Positions 35,950 to 47,862 of a stretch of 64,000 nt of DNA are shown in pieces. The DNA lies in assembly GCA_024704765.1 (NCBI GenBank), contig JAKMXF010000332.1, positions 218,619-282,618 on the forward strand. Reading direction: 5' to 3'. The number at the start of each line of letters is the position of its first letter. Within the stretch, counting starts at the first letter, position 1. Position numbers and translations under genes: made by a program. The stretch is from Oopsacas minuta (taxonomy: Eukaryota > Animalia > Porifera). Below the pieces are notes generated by a model. The model saw only the letters and a list, made by a program, of their open reading frames with translations. It had not been told where the DNA came from and searched no databases.

Positions 35950-38900
35950 ATGGATGCGACAGAGCATGAAGCAATTCGTGGATACCTCCAGACGAATATT
36001 ATCCCACCAGAAATCAAGAGTGATCGCTACAGAAAGAAGAATTTTGTCAGAAAGTGCAAGGGGATTTACTTTCAAGAGAATAAGCTAATGAAGGTATATT
36101 CCTGAATGATATTTTTGATTTATACATATTTCCAAGACATAATTAGAAATCTTGAGGTAACTACATATCTGCGAGGAGGCAGATATGTAGATGCCTCATT
36201 AAATTTGCGTACAATAGGGAGATGAGAAGGGCGAAAACGCTAGGGGGCTCCTCTGCCCCTCAATGCTACCTATAACCTCTGCGTTTAACTAGAATAATTT
36301 TCTTGTAGATTTTCAGAAAGAAGAATGGCTGTGTGAAATACTTGGAGATTCCACTAGTCTCAGAAATTGACAACATTATCGGATTCTATCACAATGTCAC
36401 TCATCCTGGAATCAACACTACCATTGATGGAATCCGAAACAAATATGATTGGAATGGTATATACAATGATGTTGGATCCTACGTGAGTTACTAAATTACG
36501 TATTTCTTTCATATATGATTTTCCAAGAAAATGTGGCTGAGAACACAGACTTACCAACCCTCCAGGGATACCTGGATTACAAATTTTGAAATCCAGGGAT
36601 TTAGCAACGATAATCCAGGGAAATTTGCAAAAGGGGTTGGTAAGTCTGAGAACAGGATGTATTTTATAGTTTGAGGTTATTCACCTTGTAATTATTCTAC
36701 TGTATACACCTTTATTTGTGCGATCTGATGATATTTAGTATACCGGTATACAATTTTATCATATGGAAATCTATTTGTGCGGTACAACCAACCAATCATG
36801 TATCTAACAACTAATGATCCTTGCGGTAGTTAGTAATTGGGATAGGTAGTGGGAGTATTTCACATAAACATATTTGCCAACCTGAGTGAAGAAAAAGCGG
36901 GACGGAATGCTAATTTAGTGGGACATCTGGGACGTAGCAAATTACATTAGACTGGACTGCAAACTGACAATTAAATCATTTCCCGTTCTAGATCCGAACT
37001 TGCCATGACTGTCAAACCTCTGCTGCTCTACCTCCTCAGCCACAACGAGAGCTTCAACCTATTCCTCCTCCTGAAGAACCATGGTGTCATTGTGGAATTG
37101 ATCTCATATGTAATATGTCTCGCACTGTACTTGGATTTCAGCACATTCTTGTCATCGTGTGCTACCTGAGTAAATTTGTAATTGCCCGACCACTCAAGAC
37201 TAAAACATCTAAAGAAATATTGGATTGTTTACAGGAAATTTATCTCTCATTCGGTGTGCCTAACATCCTCCAACATGATCAGGGAACAGAATTCTCAAGC
37301 AAGGTAACTCATATTTTTACATACTCGAGATTAGTAATTGTAAATACACCAAGTAAATTATTCCTGATACACAATGCGACTTACTATATTGGATATACGT
37401 ACGTAACAAGTTGCATTGTCAATTGTCAACGCATTGCTTCAATATATACCCTGGTAGGAAATTATGCGTCCTGATGGCCATATTTAAGAAACCGTGTGGA
37501 AAATTGGATTTTAATTTATGTTAAATACTAATAAATAAGAATTTACGAATTGATGCTACTAACTTCGGGAGGAAAATATACCTTATTAATCGTTTTATCT
37601 TTCTTACTATTGTTGTACAAGACTAAATACATGCGCGTAGTAGATTGTCATTGTTCTCTTATTTACTTTCAAAATAGGAATTTCAGGAATTTCACAAGAA
37701 GATAAATATCAACACCAGAAGAACCACAGCATACCACCCACAAAGTAACGGACTTGTTGAGTCACACAACAAAATATTGAAAACGTGAGTATTGATGCTA
37801 AATATAAATGTATACCTATTCTAAGCCTTACATACGTTTAATACACGTCGTTTATAATTAGATAGCTTTGAATCAATTTAACACTTTTTACAAATAGAAA
37901 AATCAACAAGATGCAATCTGATGGGGACACTGAATGGACAGAGAAATTACAGACAGCAGTACTAGCAGCAAATACTCAAACCAAAATCTCTACAAGCTAC
38001 ACACCCTTCTATCTCATGTTTGGGAGAGACTTTGATTCATCTAACCTTCTCAATCTTATCACTTCTCCAACTAACCCCGGATTACTAACCGAAGCTGATA
38101 TCTCAGAGGCAGAAGTATCAGAAGATGAGAATATTCAAATGGATGCAAACGAACCACGCCCATTTGACTTTCCTATAATTGATAACGAATGGATAGAAAA
38201 TCTTTCTTCCACACGTAAAGCTGACAGGATGACTGCTATTGAAAACATCAAGGCTGGTCAGAAAGTTCAAAAGAAAACATATGACAGCAAAGTTAAACAC
38301 AACAGGTAAGCAATAACGAAACACATTCTTGTTGTGATGTAACATGTTGGAATTTCATACATCATCTCTTACTAAATTCAATTAAATTCACTGACTGTTG
38401 TATAATCAGGTAAATATGAAATAGTCTTGAATCGGAACTAATTTATTGTTTCCTCAATTATATGAATTCTTAAATTCCAAAACACTTACTTTTAGTTATA
38501 AAATTAGCATCATTACAAACTGTACGTAATTGGCACATTATTTTCTTTGTATAATCATAGTGTAAACTTTAGATCAGAATTTGTGGAAGGAGATGAGGTA
38601 CTTGTACATAATATAAAGAAAGCCAAGCGACTCCCAGGAACAAAAGATGCAAAGAAATATTTGGGACCATATACGATAGAGGAAGTTAAACCAAGCCACC
38701 TAATTGCTCGCAAAGACCCAGATAGCAAAACAACAAAACTACCTATCCATCTATCACGAAAATATCATTCTCGCATGAACGAAAAACGGCAGGTTCGAAC
38801 GAAGACAGGCAAATCAAAGAAGCCCAAAAGATCTTGCAAATTCCCTTCTAGCGGTAAATATATTAGCGAGACAATATTGTACTGAACTATAACTAATTGA

Positions 38901-40259
38901 CTCAGCCCATGATTAAGTACATATAAACTAGTTGTGTTCTGTATTGATTCGATTAATACGTAATAGCAATCCTACATTTCACATATTTATTTGTATTTAG
39001 ATTCTTTGGATGATATATTGAACCTGGATACCATGGAAGAAACATTTGAAACACCGCAACAACACTCAATCTATGAAAATATCGATTCTGAGCTACTTCA
39101 ATTGAAACCTCGAATACTATCAGCTCTTGTCAATAACACATACTTAACCCAACTACATGAGAAACTCGCTACAAAAGCTGCATCTCTAACTTCATTGAAT
39201 TTACTATATTCTTACCATCCACCCAACGAACTAAATTTTGAGATTAAGGAGAAACTTGCTGTATCAGCCGGTAATTGGTACGCAGAATATCGTTCCTCCT
39301 ATCCTACTGAAATACCTGAAGAGACACGAAGAGATCTTGACTATCCGATTGCTGTTCTATTACCAGTAATAATTGAGTTAATATTCACAACTGAGCAAGT
39401 TCATGAGATCATTGAAATACCAGAACAATCTATACAAAATGCATCAGATCTTATCCCATATCCTAAATGGGGAGGAGAGTATAACAACATCGTGCAATCT
39501 AACACCTGTTCTATCGACAATATATTGGCTATTCTTAGTTCGAATAAAGCAACCATCATAGACTCACTGAAGTTAATCGGAAGTACACATATTGAAGCTG
39601 AATTCCACTACATATTCCAATTGGCTGCTAATTGTGAATTTGAGAAACTTCGAGAATATGTTGCTACTAAAATTGGGCTTGAAGTTATTTATGATTCCTC
39701 AGGATTGATACGGTCTTATGATTTCTTTGGATCAGAGGGTAACATCATCAAATATTTACGAACAGAAGATTTGTGTAACGACAAATATTTCACTATCTTC
39801 CAATGCCACCAATGCACCAATATCTTTGAGACACAATCCATGATTAGTAATATAGGAGGCGTTATTACAAACCTGGAATCATCTGTTAATCGAAGTCTCG
39901 TTCCTATTAAATGCAAGTCTTGTGGATCAACTACTGCTGTCTTAGAGAGGATATCTGGTCAATTCAAGTCAATACCTGTCATGCTAACAATTGAAATCGG
40001 ACATCTACCCGAATTGCCAGACATTTTTGCAAGTGATATTGACAAACACTTTACCATCAGTCACAACCAACGGACACTTCACTACCAACTTGCTGGCTTT
40101 AGCATATTGAGTAATAGACACTTTTATTCAATCCTTTACCAAAACGGGCAATTCTATAAATATGACGGAATGAGAGAACCAATTATCCAACTTTGGGACT
40201 GTGACACTTTCATCGGATCACTCAATACTGTATTCTACCTCTTGCACTCTTCTGACTAA
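35950..40259 (+). CDS. Seven-exon Ginger transposase (H2C2, D(35)E, GPY) fused to a USP-like cysteine-protease domain; 894 aa
   Basis: Exons are 35950-36093, 36309-36482, 36992-37303, 37678-37784, 37898-38305, 38573-38853 and 39001-40259 (2685 nt). All introns are GT-AG and phase-consistent (0,0,0,2,2,1). Motifs are HNVTHPG..TCHDC, GIDL, QHDQG-35aa-VES and YLGPY. The last exon has SNTCSIDNIL, CHQC/CKSC and YQLAG..RHFYS..FYKYDG. Confidence 0.9.
36546..36648. mobile_element. 103-bp MITE in Ginger intron 2
   Basis: 15-bp TIR CAGACTTACCAACCC / GGGTTGGTAAGTCTG, flanked by duplicated AGAACA. Confidence 0.75.
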
Positions 40260-41445
40260 TTCTTAGCGATTCACGACTCTTTTCCATCATTCGAAAGCGC
40301 TCAAAGGCAAGGTACATCGAACCTTGTGGGGACCTCTGCCCGAGGTTATTCAGGCAACGCAATCCCTATCATGGTGAGCCCAGATAATGGAAACGCGACC
40401 TGCAACAGCACATCCCCAGTGGCGAATATCATCACTCTACCATCTAAGTATATTGCGAGAAAGGCAGCGCAACTGACGAGTCTACGCCGAGACGAAATAC
40501 AGCATGGAATCAGATACAAGCGAGTTTCTTATCTATTTTTTATTTTTTAATGTCTCCTTGTCTGTGGCCGTTCGGGGTCCGTTAGCTCCTCGCCTGTCTG
40601 TTAAATTACGATTTATTGTACGTATTCGTTTATGTTGCAGCTTAGAATCGAATTTGGTGTGATCGCAATCACATCAAACTCGCTCCAACACTGCACAAAT
40701 AAACAAGGTGAGGTTAACGTTAGACGTTTAGCGTTAGGGGGTGGCTGTAAGGGGAAGGAGGAGGCCACCGCAGCTGACTTGTTTTGTTTATAGAAATCTA
40801 GTGTTTTCCAGGAGTATGCAGCGTGCCAGAGGCTCGCGGTTTTCACCTCAACTCTATATGTGTATCAACATTATACCAAGACTCCGTAACAAATGCATAG
40901 TCTACGCTTGTCCAATAGATGAACATATTTCAGTGGTATATTCCTTAAAGCTTGTTAAGAAGTATAGAGAAATGGGTAAAGATGAAATCGCCTACAATTC
41001 GTACTTAAGATATTCCGAATATTCATTATCATGCTAATGCTTGTAAAATTTTTGTTATTTGATAGAATATATTGCATTATATAGATTGACATGTTAAATT
41101 ATATTATTTATTATGAGTTACTAAACACAATTATCAAATACCTACCACCTCCTGTCCAAGTAATATTAATATAAAATATTTATATACGTATACTGTCCAT
41201 TTTTGGCATTTTGGATGATTATACATATTGTAAATTTGTAATATGTAGTGGGAACATAGTTTACATGTTATCAAACAAATTCACCACTTTCTAGAATCCA
41301 ACTCTAAATTGACTTATTTATTCAGTTACGTATAAGTATAGCTAGTCTAAAGTTGAATTACATTACGTACATTTAGTGGTAATTACGTAATGAAAGTGTA
41401 TGGAATTCGAAAAAGTCAAATGAAAGAGAAGTAAGATTACTTTAG

Positions 41446-41710
41446 AGTCAAAATCGTATGACAATAATACATTATATGCGGGTCAGAATCCTACGACAAT
41501 AATACATTATATGCGGGTCAAAATCCTACGACAATAATATATTATATGCGGGTCAAAATCCTACGGCTGTAATAGGTGTAATACATTTTGATGCGGGTCA
41601 AAATCCTACGCATATATTACATCGTAGGATTTTGACCCGCACCATGGATATGCTATTAGGATTTTGTATTGCGGGTCAAAATCCTACGCGGGTCAAAATC
41701 CTACGCAACA
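41446..41710. repeat. Subterminal array of the 18-bp GCGGGTCAAAATCCTACG motif at the Ginger right end
   Basis: Copies at 41478, 41513, 41548 (35-bp period) and 41593, an inverted copy at 41623-41640, and two overlapping copies within the TIR. Confidence 0.92.
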
Positions 41711-44700
41711 GTACAAATCTAATAGAGACTCGATTCTAACAAGCCAGTTTTCAAATGTAAATATCTCAAAAAGTTTTGCTTATTTTACCATAATATTTTA
41801 AACACATAAACGCCCATACAGCAGGAATACATGCCCATGATTTCAGGAAAAAGTAATTTAAGTATACTAAATTCATATGTGAACTATACTGGTGAGATAC
41901 ACCAATTTCTATTAGAAAAAATGAAAGTTTATAAAATATAAATATATTTTCAGAAATCTCCGTATCTCTTCTTTCGAATGGCCTAATAATATTTACATTC
42001 TGACTATGGGAAGTTGGTCAAATTAATGGTTGAAGTACTGTTAGTCGAATATTCAGCCAACTTCACACTCGTCACACCTTGCATGTATATACTTTCGAAT
42101 TTCTGCTTCAAGTGCTCGAGTGTAACTGCTGTTCTCAATAGTTGGAAAGTATTTGTCCTAAAAGATGCAGGTTAGCTGACATTTTGTTCGAAAAATTAAT
42201 GTTTATTAGAAGTAATAGACTACACATGTAATCGTTGCACGTTGATAGTAGTAAAGATAATCTTGTTTTCAATCTTTGTGTTACTGTAAGTGATGTATGG
42301 AGCTTCGGTTTGTACAAATGATGTACTCATTATCCAACAACCTGTGATATGCCTTTACACCAATTGCATTTGTTTCAACCTTCCAGCTGAGCTGTGATAA
42401 TAATAGTATAACATTTATAGTAATCGTAATCGTAGTCGCTTAACAATTATAGGTTATAATCGTAGTCGTAATCGTAACCGCTTAATAATTTTAGGTATTA
42501 ACCAAAAGGCCCCAACCCTTTCTTGCTAGCCCCGAATCTTAGCGCTAGGACCGCTAATTTTCTTTACAAATTTGTAATTACTTCTATTTCTGTTGTTTCT
42601 TTTAGTTCTTTATTTAAATTATGAGGAGTCTATTGGGACCACCTTTTCTCAATTTCCAGTTTTCTATTGCTCCTTCCGCTATGGTTGTATGTGGAACTAT
42701 TCATGACTTGTCTGTTATTTCCTACCAATCATTATCTCCCTTCTTCTCAACCCTTTTCTCTCAAGAAGATTGGGTTGATGCTATCCTAACACTTTCACAA
42801 TGCTCAATTGATTATCTCTTTTGTAAAATGCATAGGATTCTTATATTACTGCTTCCAAGTGATAGCAGTCGACACAACTCTCCCTCACGCCCTGATCATC
42901 TTACTAAACAACTTTCTTTGACATCACAAATCGTAAATACAGAGTCTTTAAATATCCTCCTTGTAACTAATAAGATATTCACATTTCCTCTCTCTGCTGC
43001 TATTTCCAAAGCTTTTTCATTGTTTTCTATGAAAACTAATCCAAAACACTTTAAGGAAATATTCGTTGATTTCTGTCTAACTGAATCTGACAAAGAGATG
43101 CTATTTGAGGATAGACGATCTCTTACTTACCTTTCTGATGGAATACGAAGGGCTCAGCTCATTGTAGATTCCCCGGCCAATATGATGGACACTGATGGAT
43201 TTTTCCGCCAAATCAAACAGGTATTCTTCATTTGTATCTTATTGGTGCAACTGTAGTATTTACCACCCGAATCTTTAAAAACTCGTCAATCGAGAATTTT
43301 ATCGCTCTTTTATAGTACTCGTTGAATGAGAAATACCTGCAACCGACATACAATTATACCCTGAAATGGTATTATAAATCATTCTATAATTCTATTCAAC
43401 ACTTCTATACTTATCTGAATCACGTTCATACTTTTGTAAGAACTCATCTAGTCACCCTGATTATACTTAGATTTACTGTTCCGACTATACTATACTATAG
43501 TGTACCAGTATTGAAATCAATCAAACTACTGGGTATATTTTTCTCTATTATTTTATTTTTTATCAATTCTACTGCCAAAACTAGCTGGAATCAAGGTGTT
43601 ATATGATATTTTGTATATTTTAGTTATTCTTTGGGTATGCTTTTCCACTTAGCTTATCGATCCGACACTAAGTGCTACAGTTTGACACCAGTCAAACTTT
43701 TCTCTGGCGTCTATCTAAAATATTGAGCGTTAAAGTCCCATCAAATTTCTTCATTTGAAGTTGTGGTTCACTAATCAAAATATATTTCTAACTAATAGTT
43801 TGTTACTAAAATACATGATTTTTTTCGTTTAATAGTACTATTTTATTGTTGGTTGTTGTTAAATGATGAATTTGTTGAACAATTTGTTATTGTCATGAAC
43901 TCTGAATAGAATAACTCCGAACGGATTAAGGCTAGAATAGTATATTTTTGCAACGCTCCAAACAGTGAACTTAATTTCACAGATTATCCTGTTCACATTT
44001 TCGATCTTATTCCATTCCGTGGTATTCCAGTGGCGATTATTATCTGTCGCATTTCAGTAGTGGAAAAGTTGCAATCAGACCTATTTAGGTAACCCCAATA
44101 AGGAGTCGGATAAATGTAGCGTATGTTTTCATTGAATTTCCAATTTTACAACACCAACTGTTATTGATATTATATTTAGGAATTAAGACTGTATCATTTT
44201 TAAAATATTTGTTTTACTGTTTCATGGGATGATTTAATTTTTGTCAATGATTCGCAAAATTGCTATTAGATGTGTGAACTTAGGGAATTCCCACCATAGT
44301 CAGTAGGTAGCAAAGATCATATTGTAGACGCACAGTAATCGGCCATATTATTGTGGCAAGAAAGCAAACCGTGCTAAACATCCTTTTCAAGGTATACAAA
44401 AAGCCCATGGAGACTGTTTCGAATTGCTTCATCTTACCCGCTTTGCTGTCAAGATATTAGGCTGAATTCTGGACAGCATTAAATCAAGGGAGAACGGATG
44501 TTATTCTTTTGGCTTATCAGGGTAATCAATTTACAAAGTCTGGACGAAAATGGGAAATGTATCCAAACTGGCTGAAACGAATTGCAAATCAGTAGAATTA
44601 ACTTGTAGATTGCATGGTTCAGCACCTAATACTTTGGGTAAATATTCAAAGAATTACATGTGTAGCACAATTTTAGAGTTGTCAACTTCTTTAAGTTACC

Positions 44701-44859
44701 CTTGAAACGCGCCTTGTCAGCTACTTTTAACGAGAACTCTTTAGCAGCCAAGAACTCTATGTGAGTACAGACAAGAGGATACCAAGACTTGTTGCTGTTT
44801 TATAAGTGATGAACCTTTTAGAAATGATGGACTGCTTTGAATGTTTCCATCACTTATAA

Positions 44860-45800
44860 AAGGCTAGTTGTAAATCCTAAAAAATCTAGGAAACTATGTA
44901 AGCATGCCATGTCGGACATCAAATCGATTTCTATTTCCTTTTTTATGTTTACCATTCCTTAAATCCTCACAGAAGTCAGTGGTTGCAATAGTATCAGAGC
45001 ATCCATAGCGCGTTTAACAAGATTGAGATATGTTTGTTTCAAAGAACACCAAAACACTGGTAGCCTCTACGAATTGAATCATTTTGCAACATTTCCTTTG
45101 TTCTTAAGTGAATAATATAATCTTTATTATGGTCTACATCGATGATGCAGTTGCTATCAGTAGAAAAGGCATTATGGATCCTACTGCAACTTTTAGATCA
45201 CCTGAAACAAGCTAATCAGTAATAAGCTTTGCAGTGTCATCAAGTTGTTTGCACATTCAGTTTTAAGAGAATTTCCAGGATTTGTTAATTCCAGCCTGTC
45301 AAAGGACTTCCTCGAGCATTTTAAGGTTTGAATAGTTGCCTGCCCAGATTCTCCTCTTCATAAGGTCAACTTGGTCAATAAAGCTTGTAGGTCTTCAGCA
45401 ACATCTATTATATAGACTGCAGGTCCTTGGATTGAAAATTTTCACTCATTCATATGACTAAATATATCAGCCGTATTGGCAGTGACGTAACGACGATTAG
45501 TAACTCTTATTACCGCTAGTGGCGAACTCTGAAAGTTCCGCCCTCCCCATACGATAGATTGGAATATACAGTATTATTGACCGTGCCAAGTTGGAATATC
45601 CTGGTAGACAAGAGGCTTGAGCTGAATATACAAAATCATTCATTTACATAACCGAACTATTTTTACCATTCGAAGTTTAAGCCCAATGTTCGAAATATAA
45701 TTCCAATATTTGGATTGTCAGCATTGGAATCTGCCTACCCGGTTTTCCCTCACTAACTGTTAAAATGAAATCTCTAACATCATTTTGAAATATAAGCAAA
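44860..45800 (-). pseudogene. hAT (Charlie/Buster-type) transposase remnant
   Basis: Minus-strand fragments ADIFSHMNE..FSIQGP, TIATTDFCE and GNRNRFDVRHGM (cf. PFATTYLCE and KxRNRLDV). Confidence 0.6.
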
Positions 45801-45879
45801 ACGTGTGAGGAAATTTGATAAATCTGTGAATTTGTAACTTTCAGACTCAGTTGTGAAATCTTTCTTTAGAAATAATCAT

Positions 45880-46012
45880 ACCCAACCCGAGCTGCCAAAA
45901 TGCATATGTATACCTATTTTAATCAGACTGCTAGATTCCGCGCGGACGGACGGATTGATGTCGCACATCGTCTATGCCATTTAGGACATTTCCCTATTTG
46001 AGCTGCACTAAT
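45880..46012 (+). repeat. Interspersed repeat with a CGGA/GACT microsatellite and 3' hairpin (Helitron/Helentron non-autonomous-like); second copy at 58640-58793
   Basis: Both copies share 'gtcgcacatcgtc.atg.catt..g.cat.tccctat..gagctgcactaa'. Confidence 0.5.
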
Positions 46013-46970
46013 TAATCCTTATACTAATTTTCACCCAATTAAGAATTCCTACTTGGCTCGGAACATCATCAAAATCTTTAAATCTTTGAATGTGTCGCCT
46101 TATTTCCAGGATTTACAATTGTATATTAAGTGCTGGTGCAGGTGCTTTTATTCCAGTTAGTGATATGTAGTTGAAATTTTAATTTAGAAAAAGAGTACGA
46201 TATGTGATTCTCAAAAATTATTTCGAGATATTTGCTTGGAATAGTAACAGATATGGCGTTATTGAGTTATTTGGAATTGACCGCTCTTCGTTTCTTTAAT
46301 TTTGGTTCCTGTGTTTTGAAATGATATTGGTGTCGGCATGGGCGTCGTGAATTCTATATGCCTGTTTGACCGCCTGGTAGCCATACGAAATGGCCGTGAA
46401 CGTGGCCAATTGGCAGTTATTTCACGCCAAAACATTCTTTTGATTCAAGTGACCTAGAAATGATACTTCAGAATATATTATCGATTGATTATGATGAATA
46501 TTTGATATATGATAACAAATATTTCCTTTGTATGGATTATGTGATCATTCCAGGTAATAACTCTGGCTAGTCCTTATTTTGTGAGATCAACCCCCTTTGT
46601 AGCTGTTGAGAGCCAGTATCTACGTAAATTTTTAGTTTTTGGTAATTAGTTTACTTTGTATTCATAAATACAACAATAAATTTATATATGAGAAACTTTG
46701 AAAATGCGAAATTCGGATTCAGCGTACTTAGTTACCCATAGGTAATCATTTATTGCAAGCCTATTCATAAAAACAACAGTATACTTATATATCTACGGAA
46801 AAACAAACAGACAAACAACAATTAAGATTTACTAATATTGATGTTGTTTACAATAACATATTCGGACTCAGTATACTCGATTGCCTCTGTATAACTATTG
46901 AATCCATGTTTCTACAACAATATTGAAATTCGTTAACCTTATATTCTAAAAACAACAATAAATTTACTTA

Positions 46971-47862
46971 GGGCATTCAATAAGTTCCCATCTTTGTTTC
47001 ATATCTTGACACTACATTTACTTACTAATCACATTTCTACATAAAATGTTCGAAATACTCCCCTTTACATCTATGCATAGTTGTAGCTTTTCAACTCACT
47101 TCAAAAAATGTTTTTTATACTAGTCTCTGTCCACTGAATTGAGGTATTGATAAATTCCATTTCCCAACTCTTGTCGGGTATGAAATAGCCGTCTTCTGAG
47201 ATGTTTTTCAGCTCAGGAAATACCCAAAAATCACAAGGTTATAGATCTGGCGAATATGGAGGATAGTTCCATCGTTTCAAACCCGATATCTTCAATGACT
47301 TGCCTAACTTACACTGAAACATGAGGTCTGGCATTATCGTGGAGAGGTTTGATCCTCGAGTTCCTGTACGTGGACGTCGTGTTTTTATAGACTTTCTTGA
47401 CTTCTCTCAGGTATTTATCTGCGTCAAATTCTCCATCGAGTCGTTCTCTTTTAGGCACAGGTATTTGAGGCACTGGCCCAAACGTATCAAACAATATGGT
47501 GTAGAGAACCTTATCGTCTCGGAAGTCCGGACGTGGATTTTCTGGGATAAGAACCTTTTGGGAGCCACGATTTGCTTTGTTCCTTACCCAGAGGTTCAGA
47601 AATTTTCCTCACCAGTAACGATTATATATAACCTTCGAGAATCACCATCTCTATATTCTTTAAGCACTTTCTTCGTGCATGAAACCCTCTTCACCTTTTC
47701 CCCCTTTATGAAGATTTTTAGTTCAAGGTATATAATAGCTAGAGTGAATTGCTCAACAGCATTATTTGGTTTCGATAGGTTTTTGGATACACTATACCTT
47801 TCATGTAATCGAATAGAGTTTAGCTGCTATAAAGTATGGATGGGAACTTTTTGAATGCCTCA
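46971..47862 (-). mobile_element. Internally deleted mariner element
   Basis: Ends are GGGCATTCAATAAGTTCCCATC and GATGGGAACTTTTTGAATGCCTC. Fragments FGPVPQIPVPK and LHDNARPH are homologous to the 11260 mariner. Confidence 0.82.

Larger units (their letters stand above)
35751..41710 (+). mobile_element. Ginger (Gypsy-integrase-related) DNA transposon, full length
   Basis: TGT...ACA termini and a 42-bp perfect TIR (35751-35792 and 41669-41710). The 4-bp TSD is GTAC (35747-35750 and 41711-41714). No LTRs and no RT. Confidence 0.95.
25338..42073 (+). mobile_element. Foldback/NOF-type (Mutator-like) element with ~450-bp TIRs, carrying a decayed transposase and an OTU domain; contains three nested elements
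   Basis: Left TIR is 25338-25786. Right TIR is 35665-35750 plus 41715-42073, split by the Ginger insertion. Both read GACGAGTGTGAAGTTGGCTGAATATTCGAC inward. Flanks ACATCTT and ACACCTT give a near-TSD, and the element splits a hAT dimerisation motif. Confidence 0.88.

Noticed and set aside
35751-41710. Gypsy LTR retrotransposon
   Set aside because: The integrase is Gypsy-like, but there is no gag, RT, RNase H or LTR. TIRs, a 4-bp TSD and introns indicate a Ginger DNA transposon.
42420-42500. (TAATCG)n-like repeat as a telomeric or functional array
   Set aside because: It is only a short degenerate microsatellite within two ~40-bp units.
42621-43256. 211-aa plus-strand ORF, and an ankyrin-like 'ALEIAAERGNVNIL' on the minus strand
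   Set aside because: No recognisable domain on the plus strand. The single ankyrin-like match is short, stop-ridden, and could not be joined into a gene model.
47321-47854. 177-aa plus-strand ORF
   Set aside because: It is antisense to the mariner remnant.
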